DNA of 64,000 nt from Spirochaetaceae bacterium (GTDB lineage Bacteria; Spirochaetota; Spirochaetia; DSM-2461). This document shows, piece by piece, positions 40,055 through 49,568 of the stretch (position 1 is its first letter; each line of letters opens with the position of its first letter). The DNA lies in NCBI GenBank assembly GCA_051531975.1, contig JAOPTT010000007.1:184985-248984 (forward strand). Reading direction: 5' to 3'. The notes beneath the pieces were generated by a model that did no database searches, was not told the origin of the DNA, and saw only the letters and a program-made list of their open reading frames with translations. The position numbers were made by a program, and so were the translations under genes.

Positions 40055-41389
40055 CTACTGAACGTCTAAGTCTGGTAAAATCTCATTAACTGCTTTTTTG
40101 AAGTCTGCAATTGCATCTTCGTAAGACTTTTGTCCATCAGCATATAAACCAACTTGGTCTCCAAATGCATTTTCGATTTGGAAATCCCATGCACCACGGT
40201 GACTTACGTCAATTTTCTTAGCTTCCTCATGGAAGTACTCATAGTGGTTTTGTCCACCTAAGAATTCTTGTTTGAAAGTACTTTTGATCTTGTCAGAAAC
40301 CTTAACATTTGCAACATAATCACCAGTTTTTAATGCCCATTTTTCTAAGAAACCTTCGTCAGAACCGATAAACTTAACAAATTGGAAAGCAAGTTCTTTT
40401 TGCTTACTAGCTCTGTTAACACCAATCCATGTACCACCCCAGCTATATGATGCAGGTGGAACAGCCATTCCCCAGTCTCCAGTGAAATCCATTTCACCTT
40501 TTTCTGCTTCTGGCTCAGCATTTGGTCTAAGTACATAATGAAGACCCCATGTTGGTAGGATATAACACATAACTGAACCATCTGCCATTGATGAGAACCA
40601 AGGTGGTTGCCATGTAGTAGTTCCAGATTCAATGTTGTTATCTCTCATTTTTTTAGCTAATGACATATAGTCTAACATTCCTTGAGGAATAACTAATTTA
40701 TTATTAACAATATATGGTTGCTCTCTTAAGTTATAGATAAATTGTGACATATCACTGTAACCAGCTAATAAGAATTTATCTGTACCAAACTTAGCATTAA
40801 CCATTTCACCTAATTCATAAAACTTGTTTAGGTCACTAGTATATTTTGAAACTTCAGCTGGATCATCTGTTCCAAGAACAGCTTTTGCAATACTTCTTCT
40901 ATAAAATAATGCTCCAGGAGTTGCTTGCCATGATAACGCAGTAATTTTACCGTCTTTATCTCTACTTGAGTTAGGAACATAAGGAACTAGGTCAGAAACT
41001 AATTCTTCAGCATTATATGGTGCATCAGAGATAGGCTCCCAGTAACCAGCATCAATAAATTGCTTGTAGAATGCAGCTTCACCAGTAAACGCATCAGGTC
41101 CACCAGCTCCAGATCTTAATGTAGTATTAATTTTGTTTAAATAAACTTCATCAGCATTAGGAATAACAACAAACTCTACTTCAATGTTTGGGTAAACTTC
41201 GTTAAACATTGGGATCATGTCAGTAAGCTCATCAGTAAATGACCATACTACAATTTTACCTGAATAATCAGCAGGTGTCATTGCTTTCATGTCAACTGTT
41301 GGTGCAACAGCTTCCTCTTTGTTATTGCTCGCCATAAGTGTAGTTGCTGAGATAGCAGCTATCATTACTACCAGTAATAATTTTTTCAT
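40055..41389 (-). CDS. Carbohydrate ABC substrate-binding protein, copy 1 (probably for xylo-oligosaccharides)
   Basis: Signal peptide; IVVWSFTDE, LSWQATPGALFYRR, WGGTWIGV; GH10/GH43 context. Confidence 0.9.
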   Translation of the reverse strand: MKKLLLVVMIAAISATTLMASNNKEEAVAPTVDMKAMTPADYSGKIVVWSFTDELTDMIPMFNEVYPNIEVEFVVIPNADEVYLNKINTTLRSGAGGPDAFTGEAAFYKQFIDAGYWEPISDAPYNAEELVSDLVPYVPNSSRDKDGKITALSWQATPGALFYRRSIAKAVLGTDDPAEVSKYTSDLNKFYELGEMVNAKFGTDKFLLAGYSDMSQFIYNLREQPYIVNNKLVIPQGMLDYMSLAKKMRDNNIESGTTTWQPPWFSSMADGSVMCYILPTWGLHYVLRPNAEPEAEKGEMDFTGDWGMAVPPASYSWGGTWIGVNRASKQKELAFQFVKFIGSDEGFLEKWALKTGDYVANVKVSDKIKSTFKQEFLGGQNHYEYFHEEAKKIDVSHRGAWDFQIENAFGDQVGLYADGQKSYEDAIADFKKAVNEILPDLDVQ

Positions 41390-41409
41390 TTAATTCTCCT
41401 TTTATATAA

Positions 41410-41492
41410 TTGTTCTTTAATTGTTCCCTCAGTGGTGACAATGCTAGAACAAGCTCATTACTAATCATAGTTCTTGAATAGACATCTGTCAA
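41410..41492 (-). promoter_or_regulatory. sigma70 promoter of ABC copy 1 with a downstream nested inverted repeat
   Basis: TTGACA(41492-41487)-17 nt-TATGAT(41469-41464); TTGTTCT-N4-TTGTTCC...GACAA-N4-AGAACAA at 41410-41452. Confidence 0.7.
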
Positions 41493-41763
41493 AGAGTTTT
41501 TCTATTTTTTGATCATATTTTCTTAAATAGTTTGTTTTGGAAACAATTTAGAAGATGTTTTAATCATTGACTTTTAAGGGCTTTATTAGTGGTTTTAACG
41601 TTAAAATGAGCATTTTATTGAATTTTATATTGAATTGTTGAATTTTTGTTTAAATGGTATTTTTTGTGGTGAAAGGGTAGATATTTGTATGTTTCGAGTA
41701 GTATAAACCTATAAAATCACCGGTTTTAATATGGATAAAATGGTACCCAGTTGTTCCTTTTTA

Positions 41764-41811
41764 TTGTCTTTGGTTGCCCCTTTCCTGTTTTAATGGGACA
41801 ACCAAGGACAA
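41764..41811. other. 17-bp stem-loop immediately after the GH10 stop codon
   Basis: TTGTCTTTGGTTGCCCC...GGGACAACCAAGGACAA; no U-tract on the coding strand. Confidence 0.55.
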
Positions 41812-41812
41812 C

Positions 41813-44014
41813 TTATTTCATTAAATGAAGTTCAGCGAGTTCAGTTCCATTGGATATTTTGTTGTCTCCTGGTACTGGATATAAGATATATTCTGCTCCA
41901 GAACCATCATCATCTGTTAAAGAGATATTAAAACCAATAAAGTATTTTTTTAGTTCCTCTGTTGTTGTTTTAATCTGGAATTCAAATACTGAGTTATCAC
42001 TATTCCATGTTCCGGTAACATTATCATTGCCGTTTGAAAAATCAGTGCCAATAGTTGCACTATAAAGCTGAGTTTTTCCATTAAGAATAATAGCTATATC
42101 AACTTTATCATCAGTTGATTCTATATCATCAATTCTGTTTATGTAGCCATAGATGGTATCAGAATTATACATGATACTCCAATCTCCAGATATATCTTTA
42201 TAATCTCTATTAGGTAATTGGTTTTTTGGGTTTAGTTGATTGTATATAAAACTATATCTTGTTCCGTCGTTCCACATTGACTCATCTAAAATACCATCAA
42301 TAGTAGCTTTTTCTGTTGTAATATTTGCAACAAAAGCTTTAACTATTCTTGGCTCTTCTGGTGGTTTAGGGGAGTTTCCAATAAATTGTATATTTCCAAA
42401 ACCTTTTCCTTCCCATCCATTATTTATACCATTAGTAGCATAAAGTTGAGATTGACGTAAACTTCCACCATCGTTATCAGATAGTGCAATATTCCAACCA
42501 GAAAGTTGTCCTGCTAAATCTATTGGCATTTCTACTGAGAATTCTACACTTGAATTATCAGTACTCCAGACAGCTTTTTTTACTCCAGGATATTTATGAG
42601 ATTCAAAGCCACTACCAACTAATGTTCTTAATTGAGCCCACTCTTTATTTAGATGAAAAAAGACTTCAATATTATCGTTTTCCCAGGAGTTCTCTACTGA
42701 TGTTTCTGTAATATCATCAACTATTTTAACTCTACCATACATAGTATTTCCACTGTATAAAATGACCCATTCACCAAATATGTCTCTGTATTCACTACTT
42801 AAACGTAGGTCTAACTCTTCTAATTGGTTATATGCAAATGGATATGTAATACCAGTTTCCCATACAGAATCTGTTGGATCACCATCTATTAATGGTACTG
42901 TTTCTGCTTCTAGTGCTTTAAAGGAAGGGAATATTTTTCTGCTGCCTTTGTTTTTTTTCATAGCATAAGGAAGCTTGACAGGTCCTTTTGCAAGGGTCTC
43001 AGTTAATGATATTACAGATGGTTTACTACCGTATTCTTTATCGAATAAAAGTGCGTTATCATAACCCGTAAAGAATCCAGGTATCCAGGAGTGTGCATCA
43101 CTTATTCCCCATACTGTGAATGCATTTGAGTTTTCAAAAGATAACATAACTTCCATTAGTTTTTTATAAACCCTGGCTTGTTTGTCCTGTTGTTTATCTG
43201 TTACATCACCTTTATAACGTATATCGATCTCTGTGAATGCAACAGAATAACCAGATTTAATAAACCTGTCCATGTTATTATATAAAGATTCAAAGTCATA
43301 ATTATATGTCATATCAATATGTTGCTGAAATCCAACACCAGTAATAGGAACACCACTATCCCTTAGTCTATTAAGCATATCAAAGACTAGGTCAGATTTT
43401 TGTGATACTGTACCAATTCCATAATCGTTATAGATTAGTTCAGCATCTGGATCAGCTTCATGAGCCCATTTAAAAGCTAGTTCGATATATTCTGGTCCTA
43501 TGACCTTGTACCATATAGAATCACGATATCCAGAACCGTCTATAGCTTCGTTTACTACATCCCAGACTTTAATTTTGCCTTTATACCTGGAAACTACTGT
43601 TTTAATATGGTTTTCTAATATCACTAATAATTCATCTTTAGTGTAGTTTTGTGATGTTAACCAGGATGGGTTTTGAAAATGCCAAACTAGTGTATGCCCT
43701 CTAATTTCTAGACTGTTCTTTACTGCAAAGTCCACTAATTTATCGGATTCCTCAAAATTATATTTGTCTGCACTAGGGTGTATTATTTCCCACTTCATAA
43801 CATTTTCTGCTGTAATAAAGTTGAAGTTATCTAATAATGTAGATTTATATGTCTTATCATCAAGCAGTGCTGGGTTTACAGCAGCACCAATTAACATATT
43901 CTGTTTTTTTGCTTCAGTTAATAATCCAGAAGGGTTAGTAACATTCATACTAATACACGATACTATTATTGATATTAAAATAGCCCCGGTTACTATATTT
44001 TTAATTTTAATCAT
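41813..44014 (-). CDS. Lipoprotein GH10 endo-1,4-beta-xylanase with two CBM9-like domains
   Basis: Lipobox IVSC; TAENVMKW, RGHTLVWH, WDVVNE, YNDY, FTEID; C-terminal WENDNIEVFF / GWNIALSDNDG repeats. Confidence 0.9.
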   Translation of the reverse strand: MIKIKNIVTGAILISIIVSCISMNVTNPSGLLTEAKKQNMLIGAAVNPALLDDKTYKSTLLDNFNFITAENVMKWEIIHPSADKYNFEESDKLVDFAVKNSLEIRGHTLVWHFQNPSWLTSQNYTKDELLVILENHIKTVVSRYKGKIKVWDVVNEAIDGSGYRDSIWYKVIGPEYIELAFKWAHEADPDAELIYNDYGIGTVSQKSDLVFDMLNRLRDSGVPITGVGFQQHIDMTYNYDFESLYNNMDRFIKSGYSVAFTEIDIRYKGDVTDKQQDKQARVYKKLMEVMLSFENSNAFTVWGISDAHSWIPGFFTGYDNALLFDKEYGSKPSVISLTETLAKGPVKLPYAMKKNKGSRKIFPSFKALEAETVPLIDGDPTDSVWETGITYPFAYNQLEELDLRLSSEYRDIFGEWVILYSGNTMYGRVKIVDDITETSVENSWENDNIEVFFHLNKEWAQLRTLVGSGFESHKYPGVKKAVWSTDNSSVEFSVEMPIDLAGQLSGWNIALSDNDGGSLRQSQLYATNGINNGWEGKGFGNIQFIGNSPKPPEEPRIVKAFVANITTEKATIDGILDESMWNDGTRYSFIYNQLNPKNQLPNRDYKDISGDWSIMYNSDTIYGYINRIDDIESTDDKVDIAIILNGKTQLYSATIGTDFSNGNDNVTGTWNSDNSVFEFQIKTTTEELKKYFIGFNISLTDDDGSGAEYILYPVPGDNKISNGTELAELHLMK

Positions 44015-44977
44015 TTAAGCTCCTTGAATTGTTACTATTTTTCCATCAGGTGTGTATTCTAGCTTTGCATATTTAACACTTCGTTTACTATTGATACCAC
44101 CAGATAGGGATGTATCATGATAAAAAATATACCACTGTCCATTTTGTTCAACTATACTGTGGTGTGTAGTCCAACCTAATACTGGTTCAAGTATTGTTCC
44201 TTGGTAAATAAATGGTCCATATGGTGAATCTGATATTGCATATGCTATTTTGTGTGTTGTTCCTGTGGAGTATGAGAAGTAGTATTTTCCATTATATTTA
44301 TGCAACCATGGACCTTCAAAATATCTTGCATCTTCATTGCCAGACAGTAATAAGTTTCCGTTGTCATCTAAAATCTTTAATTCAATAGGTTTTTCAGAAA
44401 ACTCTTCCATTGAAGGGTCTAATTTTGCAACTCTTGGTAATAATGCAACTTTATCTTTAGAAGGTTCTAAACCATTTTTATCAAAAGTTTCTGACTGCCA
44501 ATTTTGCAGTTGTCCTCCCCAGAGTCCACCAAAGTAGATGTACTGACTTCCATCTGTATCTTTAAACACAGCTGGATCAATACTAAAACTACCTTTCATT
44601 GGTTCGGGGTTTGCTATAAATGGACCATAAGGTTTATTTGACTTGGCAACACCTATTCGAAATATATCTTCTTTGTCTCGTGCAGGAAAATAGAAATAAT
44701 ATGTCCCATCTTTTTCCGAAACATCAGGTGCCCACATCTGTTTTGAAGCCCAGGTCACATCCTTTACATGCAGAACTTCACCATGGTCAGTAACTTTGTC
44801 TCCAGGAGTATCCATGGAGTAAACATGGTAATCTGTCATTCCATACTGATCACCATTGTCATTATCTGTTACTTCTAAGTCTAAATCGTGGGAGGGGTAA
44901 AGATATACTTTTCCCTCAAAAACGTGGGCAGATGGATCTGCAGTATAGTTATCTGTAATTAGTACAGTTTTTTCCAT
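44015..44977 (-). CDS. GH43 beta-xylosidase/arabinofuranosidase (subfamily 1-like), cytoplasmic
   Basis: YTADPSAHVF, MWAPD, SIDPAVF, FGGLWGGQLQ, YFEGPW, GWTTHHSI; start reassigned to ATG 44977 (AAGGAG SD). Confidence 0.92.
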   Translation of the reverse strand: MEKTVLITDNYTADPSAHVFEGKVYLYPSHDLDLEVTDNDNGDQYGMTDYHVYSMDTPGDKVTDHGEVLHVKDVTWASKQMWAPDVSEKDGTYYFYFPARDKEDIFRIGVAKSNKPYGPFIANPEPMKGSFSIDPAVFKDTDGSQYIYFGGLWGGQLQNWQSETFDKNGLEPSKDKVALLPRVAKLDPSMEEFSEKPIELKILDDNGNLLLSGNEDARYFEGPWLHKYNGKYYFSYSTGTTHKIAYAISDSPYGPFIYQGTILEPVLGWTTHHSIVEQNGQWYIFYHDTSLSGGINSKRSVKYAKLEYTPDGKIVTIQGA

Positions 44978-45050
44978 TTTAATCTCCTTGGTTACATACC
45001 TGAGCAGGCAATGTGTATACATCTGCCATTCCGACCAGGGTTAATTATAG

Positions 45051-45884
45051 TTAACCTTTAACAGCACCGATAGTTAAACCACTAATTAACTGCTTAGAAA
45101 AAAGTATTACAACTATAATTATAGGTGTAACAGATATTGTAATTCCAAGATAAATTGCACCAAAGTTTGTCTCGTATAGACCTCTAATGTTTGAAATAAC
45201 AATTGGCATTGGGAATTTATTTGCAGAGTTAAGCAGAACCAGTGGGTTAATCAGGTCATTCCATTTACCAATAAAAGTAAAAATAGACATTGTAGCAATC
45301 GAAGGCATTGCTAAAGGAATAATTATTCTTCTGAATATATATCCTTCTCCAGCTCCATCAATTAGCCCAGCTTCAATTAGAGAATCAGGGATACTAGATT
45401 GAATATAGGATCTAATAAAAAATACCATTGCAGCATTTGCCATATTGGGTATGATTAGTGGTAAGTAAGAGTCTACTAAACCAAAGTTTACGCATAGATC
45501 GTAAAACCCAATTAATCCAAGTTGCCCAGGAATCATCATAGTTCCGAGAACTACAAAAAATAGAACCTCTTTACCTTTAAATTTAAACTTTGCAAAACCG
45601 TAAGCTGTTAATGTACTAAAAAATGCAGAAAGTAGTACAGCAGGAACTGCAATAATAATACTGTTAATAAAACCACTCCAGATATTAACTTTTTCCTGAA
45701 TGATTTTATAGTTTTCTATTAGCTGGTCTCCTGGAGTAATCCATATACCCTGAGAAATTTCAGTATTACTGTGTGTTGAATTTATTACCATCATGTAAAA
45801 TGGAACAATACATATAAAAGCTATAAATACTAAAATTGTATATAAAAGTATTTTTTGAACAAGTGTATTCTTTTCGATTACCAT
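45051..45884 (-). CDS. Carbohydrate ABC permease (MalG-like), copy 2
   Basis: Near-identical to 38231-39064. Confidence 0.93.
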   Translation of the reverse strand: MVIEKNTLVQKILLYTILVFIAFICIVPFYMMVINSTHSNTEISQGIWITPGDQLIENYKIIQEKVNIWSGFINSIIIAVPAVLLSAFFSTLTAYGFAKFKFKGKEVLFFVVLGTMMIPGQLGLIGFYDLCVNFGLVDSYLPLIIPNMANAAMVFFIRSYIQSSIPDSLIEAGLIDGAGEGYIFRRIIIPLAMPSIATMSIFTFIGKWNDLINPLVLLNSANKFPMPIVISNIRGLYETNFGAIYLGITISVTPIIIVVILFSKQLISGLTIGAVKG

Positions 45885-45893
45885 ATATTCCTC

Positions 45894-46781
45894 CTACTCT
45901 TTATCAGTTAAAAATTTGAACATAAATGCAGATAATATCAATATTATTACAAACAACGCATAAGCTAATGCCGCTGCATAACCTAAATTAAAGTTTTTAA
46001 AGGCTTGGTTATATAGATAAAGTACCATTGTTAAAATGGAGTTATCTGGTCCACCACGGCCGTTGGTTAAAACTTTAGGAATATCAAAGATTTGAAGTCC
46101 ACCAATTAAAGATGTAACCATTACGTATAACATCGTAGGTTTTAATAATGGCATTGTTATGCTAAAAAATGCCTGACTTCTAGATGCTCCATCAATGTGG
46201 GCAGCTTCATATAATTCAGATGAAATAGCATTCAAACCAGCCATCATAATAATCATTGTATAACCGAACCACTGCCACCACTGAATAAATGACACTGCAC
46301 CTTGTACAACTAAACCTTTAGATAAATAATTAATTGGTTCTTTGATTAGACCAATGGCCATTAATGCATGGTTTAATGTTCCAAACCTCCAGTCTAAAAG
46401 TACTGCAAAAAGTACTCCGATTGACGAAGCCGTAACTAAGTTAGGTAAAAAATATACAGTTCGTAAAGTTTCCCGGCCTTTAATATTTTTATTTGTTAAA
46501 ATTACACCTAAAAGTAGTGCAAAAATAATTTGTGGGACGTAGTTCCCCAACCATATAAAAAAAGTATTACCAATTACTTGATAAAATAGCTCATTGGTTA
46601 ATAATCTCGAATAATTTGCAAATCCAACAAACTCACTCTCTATCATGTTAATAGGTTTCTGAAAACTTAAGATGAATGAGTAGATAATAGGGTAAACTTG
46701 AAATGTTAACATCGCAATAAAATATGGAAGAATAAATAGATAACCTTTGTTACCTCGTTTCTTGAAAAATGTTTTAAACAT
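45894..46781 (-). CDS. Carbohydrate ABC permease (MalF-like), copy 2
   Basis: Near-identical to 39074-39961. Confidence 0.93.
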   Translation of the reverse strand: MFKTFFKKRGNKGYLFILPYFIAMLTFQVYPIIYSFILSFQKPINMIESEFVGFANYSRLLTNELFYQVIGNTFFIWLGNYVPQIIFALLLGVILTNKNIKGRETLRTVYFLPNLVTASSIGVLFAVLLDWRFGTLNHALMAIGLIKEPINYLSKGLVVQGAVSFIQWWQWFGYTMIIMMAGLNAISSELYEAAHIDGASRSQAFFSITMPLLKPTMLYVMVTSLIGGLQIFDIPKVLTNGRGGPDNSILTMVLYLYNQAFKNFNLGYAAALAYALFVIILILSAFMFKFLTDKE

Positions 46782-46792
46782 TAGGGACTCCT

Positions 46793-46818
46793 AAAAGAAG
46801 CGGGCATATAATGCCCGC
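46793..46818 (-). terminator. Intra-operon hairpin after SBP copy 2
   Basis: GCGGGCAT-3 nt-ATGCCCGC followed by TTCTTTT on the minus strand. Confidence 0.65.
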
Positions 46819-46826
46819 ATAATTAA

Positions 46827-48161
46827 CTACTGAACGTCAACATCTGGTAAAATTTCATTAACAGCTTTTTTAAAGTCTACTACTGCATCATCGAATGATT
46901 TTTGTCCATCAACATATAGTGCAACTTGGTCACCAAATGCATTTTCAATTTGAAAATCCCATGGTCCACGATGACTTACATCTATTTTCTTAGCTTCCTC
47001 ATGGAAGTACTCGTAGTGGTTTTGTCCACCTAAGAACTCTTGTTTGAAAGTACTTTTGATCTTGTCAGAAACGTTAACGTTTGATACGTAGTCTCCAGTT
47101 TTTATTGCCCATTTTTCTAAGAAACCTGGGTCAGAACCGATAAACTTAACAAATTGGAAAGCAAGTTCTTTTTGCTTACTAGCTCTGTTAACACCAATCC
47201 ACGTACCACCCCAGCTATATGATGCAGGTGGAACAGCCATTCCCCAGTCTCCAGTGAAATCCATTTCACCTTTCTCTGCTTCCGGTTCAGCATTTGGTCT
47301 AAGTACATAATGAAGACCCCATGTTGGTAGGATATAGCACATAACTGAACCATCAGCCATTGATGAGAACCAAGGTGGTTGCCATGTAGTAGTTCCAGAT
47401 TCAATGTTGTTATCTCTCATTTTTTTGGATAATAACATGTAGTCTAACATCCCTTCAGGTATAACTAATTTATTATTAACAATATAAGGTTGTTTTCTTA
47501 AATTAAATACAAATTGTGACATATCGCCATAACCAGCTAATAAGAATTTATCTGTACCAAACTTAGCGTTAACCATTTTACCTAATTCGTAAAACTTGTT
47601 TAGGTCGCTTGTATATTTAGAAACTTCTGCTGGGTCATCTGTTCCAAGAACAGCTTTAGCAATACTTCTTCTATAAAATAGTGCTCCAGGAGTTGCTTGC
47701 CATGATAAAGCAGTAATTTTACCATCTTTATCTCTACTTGAGTTAGGAACGTAAGGAACTAGGTCAGAAACTAAATCTTCAGCATTATATGGTGCGTCAG
47801 AAATAGGCTCCCAGTAACCAGCATCAATAAATTGTTTATAGAATGCTGCTTCACCCGTAAACGCATCAGGTCCACCAGCTCCAGATCTTAATGTAGTATT
47901 TATTTTGTTTAAATAAACCTCATCAGCATTTGGAATAACAACAAACTCTACCTCAATATTTGGGTAAACTTCGTTAAACATTGGAATCATGTCTGTAAGT
48001 TCATCAGTAAATGACCACACAACAATTTTACCTGAATAATCAGCAGGTGTCATTGTAGCCATGTCTACTTTTGTTTCAGCAACAGCCTCTTTGTTACTAT
48101 TAGCCATAAGTGTAGTTACAGAAATAGCCGCTACAAACATTACTAGTAATAATTTTTTCAT
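46827..48161 (-). CDS. Carbohydrate ABC substrate-binding protein, copy 2
   Basis: Near-identical to 40055-41389. Confidence 0.9.
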   Translation of the reverse strand: MKKLLLVMFVAAISVTTLMANSNKEAVAETKVDMATMTPADYSGKIVVWSFTDELTDMIPMFNEVYPNIEVEFVVIPNADEVYLNKINTTLRSGAGGPDAFTGEAAFYKQFIDAGYWEPISDAPYNAEDLVSDLVPYVPNSSRDKDGKITALSWQATPGALFYRRSIAKAVLGTDDPAEVSKYTSDLNKFYELGKMVNAKFGTDKFLLAGYGDMSQFVFNLRKQPYIVNNKLVIPEGMLDYMLLSKKMRDNNIESGTTTWQPPWFSSMADGSVMCYILPTWGLHYVLRPNAEPEAEKGEMDFTGDWGMAVPPASYSWGGTWIGVNRASKQKELAFQFVKFIGSDPGFLEKWAIKTGDYVSNVNVSDKIKSTFKQEFLGGQNHYEYFHEEAKKIDVSHRGPWDFQIENAFGDQVALYVDGQKSFDDAVVDFKKAVNEILPDVDVQ

Positions 48162-48226
48162 TTTGTTCTCCTTATTGTTTCCTAATTTGTTCTATATGAA
48201 AGTAATCTTTAGGGGACAATATAACG

Positions 48227-48255
48227 ATAATAGAGCCGAATTTAGTATTTGTCAA
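48227..48255 (-). promoter_or_regulatory. sigma70 promoter of the ABC copy 2-GH43-GH10 operon
   Basis: TTGACA-17 nt-TATTAT on the minus strand. Confidence 0.7.
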
Positions 48256-48419
48256 AGGTAAAATGATAAAATTGTTCTTTATCATCATCATTTAAGGTCT
48301 CAATTACTGTTTTTATTGGAATAACATAGGAATGATTTGTGGTTATGTTTTAGTCCAAAAAAGAAATAGATGTAAGAAAGTAGTATGATTTTAGAATGTA
48401 TCGATGCTATAATGACCAC

Positions 48420-49505
48420 ATGGAACTTAAATATAGGAATGTTATTGATCATTTAATACATATTTTTACACTAGAACTGTATCAAGAAGGTCAAAAACTA
48501 CCAACTGAGACTAAATTAATGGAAGATTTAGGGGTGGGTAGAAATACTGTTAGAAAAGCCATTTTAGAAATGGAAAAAGAAGGTATTGTAATAAGACGGC
48601 AGGGTAGTGGAACTTTTTATGTATCACATGTATCTAAAAGAACTAAAGCTGGTGGTTTAATTGGAATAGCTAACTTTGAAGGTCTTGGTTATATATATCC
48701 AGAAATTATAAAAGGTGTAGAAAATGCACTTTATGATGATGGTTATTCATTAGTTCTTGCAAGTAATAATATCGCATCAATTAGAGATCTTTCCTCTTTA
48801 AGGATTTTATTGGATCAAAATATTAAAGGACTAATTTTAGATCTATCGAGGGTTTTTTCAGGTGAAATGGAGTCTCCAGTTTTAAGTTTGATTCAGGATT
48901 CTGGAATTCCAGTTGTAACTACTCATTGGGACGGTCTGTTACCAAACTCTTCTGCAGTTTGTATTAACGATGAAGTTGGTGGATATATTGCTACAAAGCA
49001 TCTTATTCAGAATGGTCATAAAAAAATAGCTTTTATATATAAAAATGTTCAAGCAGGGCATTTAAGATTAGAGGGTTATAAAAGAGCTCATATAGAAGCT
49101 GGACTTCTGGTTGATATGGAGTTAGTTCTAAGTTTTGAGGATAAAATTCATCCTGAAGATGCAGAATATGGGTATATGAAAACAGAAGAATTAATTGATA
49201 AAGGTTTTGATTTTACTGCTATATTTTATTTCAACGATTTAATTGCAATGGAAGGGTATAAAGTTTTTTCGAATAGAGGTATAAAGATTCCAGAAGATGT
49301 CTCTGTTATAGGTTTTGATAACTTTCAACACTCCCAGCATTTGTCCCCAGGTTTAACTACTATGAATCATCCAAAAGATGATTTAGGTTATTGGGCTGCA
49401 AAATTATTATTAAAAGATATTGAACTTAAAGGTACTTCTCAACCTAAAAGACTGTTTTTTGATCCAGTACTTATAGAACGAGATAGTGTTAAAAATATTA
49501 CATAG
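48420..49505 (+). CDS. AraR-type regulator (GntR wHTH + LacI-type sensor), paralogue
   Basis: KLPTE...GVGRNTVRKAI...GSGTF. Start reassigned to MELKY (48420) by homology to 37112; TGcTATAAT lies 6 nt upstream. Confidence 0.92.
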   Translation: MELKYRNVIDHLIHIFTLELYQEGQKLPTETKLMEDLGVGRNTVRKAILEMEKEGIVIRRQGSGTFYVSHVSKRTKAGGLIGIANFEGLGYIYPEIIKGVENALYDDGYSLVLASNNIASIRDLSSLRILLDQNIKGLILDLSRVFSGEMESPVLSLIQDSGIPVVTTHWDGLLPNSSAVCINDEVGGYIATKHLIQNGHKKIAFIYKNVQAGHLRLEGYKRAHIEAGLLVDMELVLSFEDKIHPEDAEYGYMKTEELIDKGFDFTAIFYFNDLIAMEGYKVFSNRGIKIPEDVSVIGFDNFQHSQHLSPGLTTMNHPKDDLGYWAAKLLLKDIELKGTSQPKRLFFDPVLIERDSVKNIT

Positions 49506-49511
49506 TTAAAA

Positions 49512-49546
49512 ATAAATACCTTAAAGCCTGGCTTTAAGGTATTTAT
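49512..49546. terminator. Bidirectional terminator
   Basis: Perfect 16-bp stem ATAAATACCTTAAAGC-CTG-GCTTTAAGGTATTTAT between convergent genes. Confidence 0.8.
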
Positions 49547-49568
49547 ATTATATTAATTTCTTTACTTA

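Larger units (their letters stand above)
38231..48161 (-). repeat. About 3.1-kb direct duplication (38231-41389 and 45051-48161)
   Basis: Three genes with identical lengths (277/295/444 aa) and high DNA and protein identity by eye. Confidence 0.95.

Noticed and set aside
41529..41606. AGTTTGTTTTGGAAACAA and TTTTAACGTTAAAA palindromes upstream of ABC copy 1
   Set aside because: They resemble ROK/LacI/TetR half-sites but with the wrong spacing; they are single occurrences in very AT-rich DNA and could be chance.
40345..47404. Pairs of similar alternative-frame ORFs (40345-40632/47117-47404 and 38367-38582/45187-45402)
   Set aside because: They are shadows of the duplicated ABC genes; conservation follows from the duplication, and they have no SD or recognisable domain.
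38231..48161. Composite transposon or IS-mediated origin of the duplication
   Set aside because: No transposase, terminal inverted repeats or target-site duplications are visible.
10717..48161. Absence of ATPase genes in the three CUT1 ABC operons
   Set aside because: Normal: such importers commonly share an MsmX/MalK-type ATPase encoded elsewhere.
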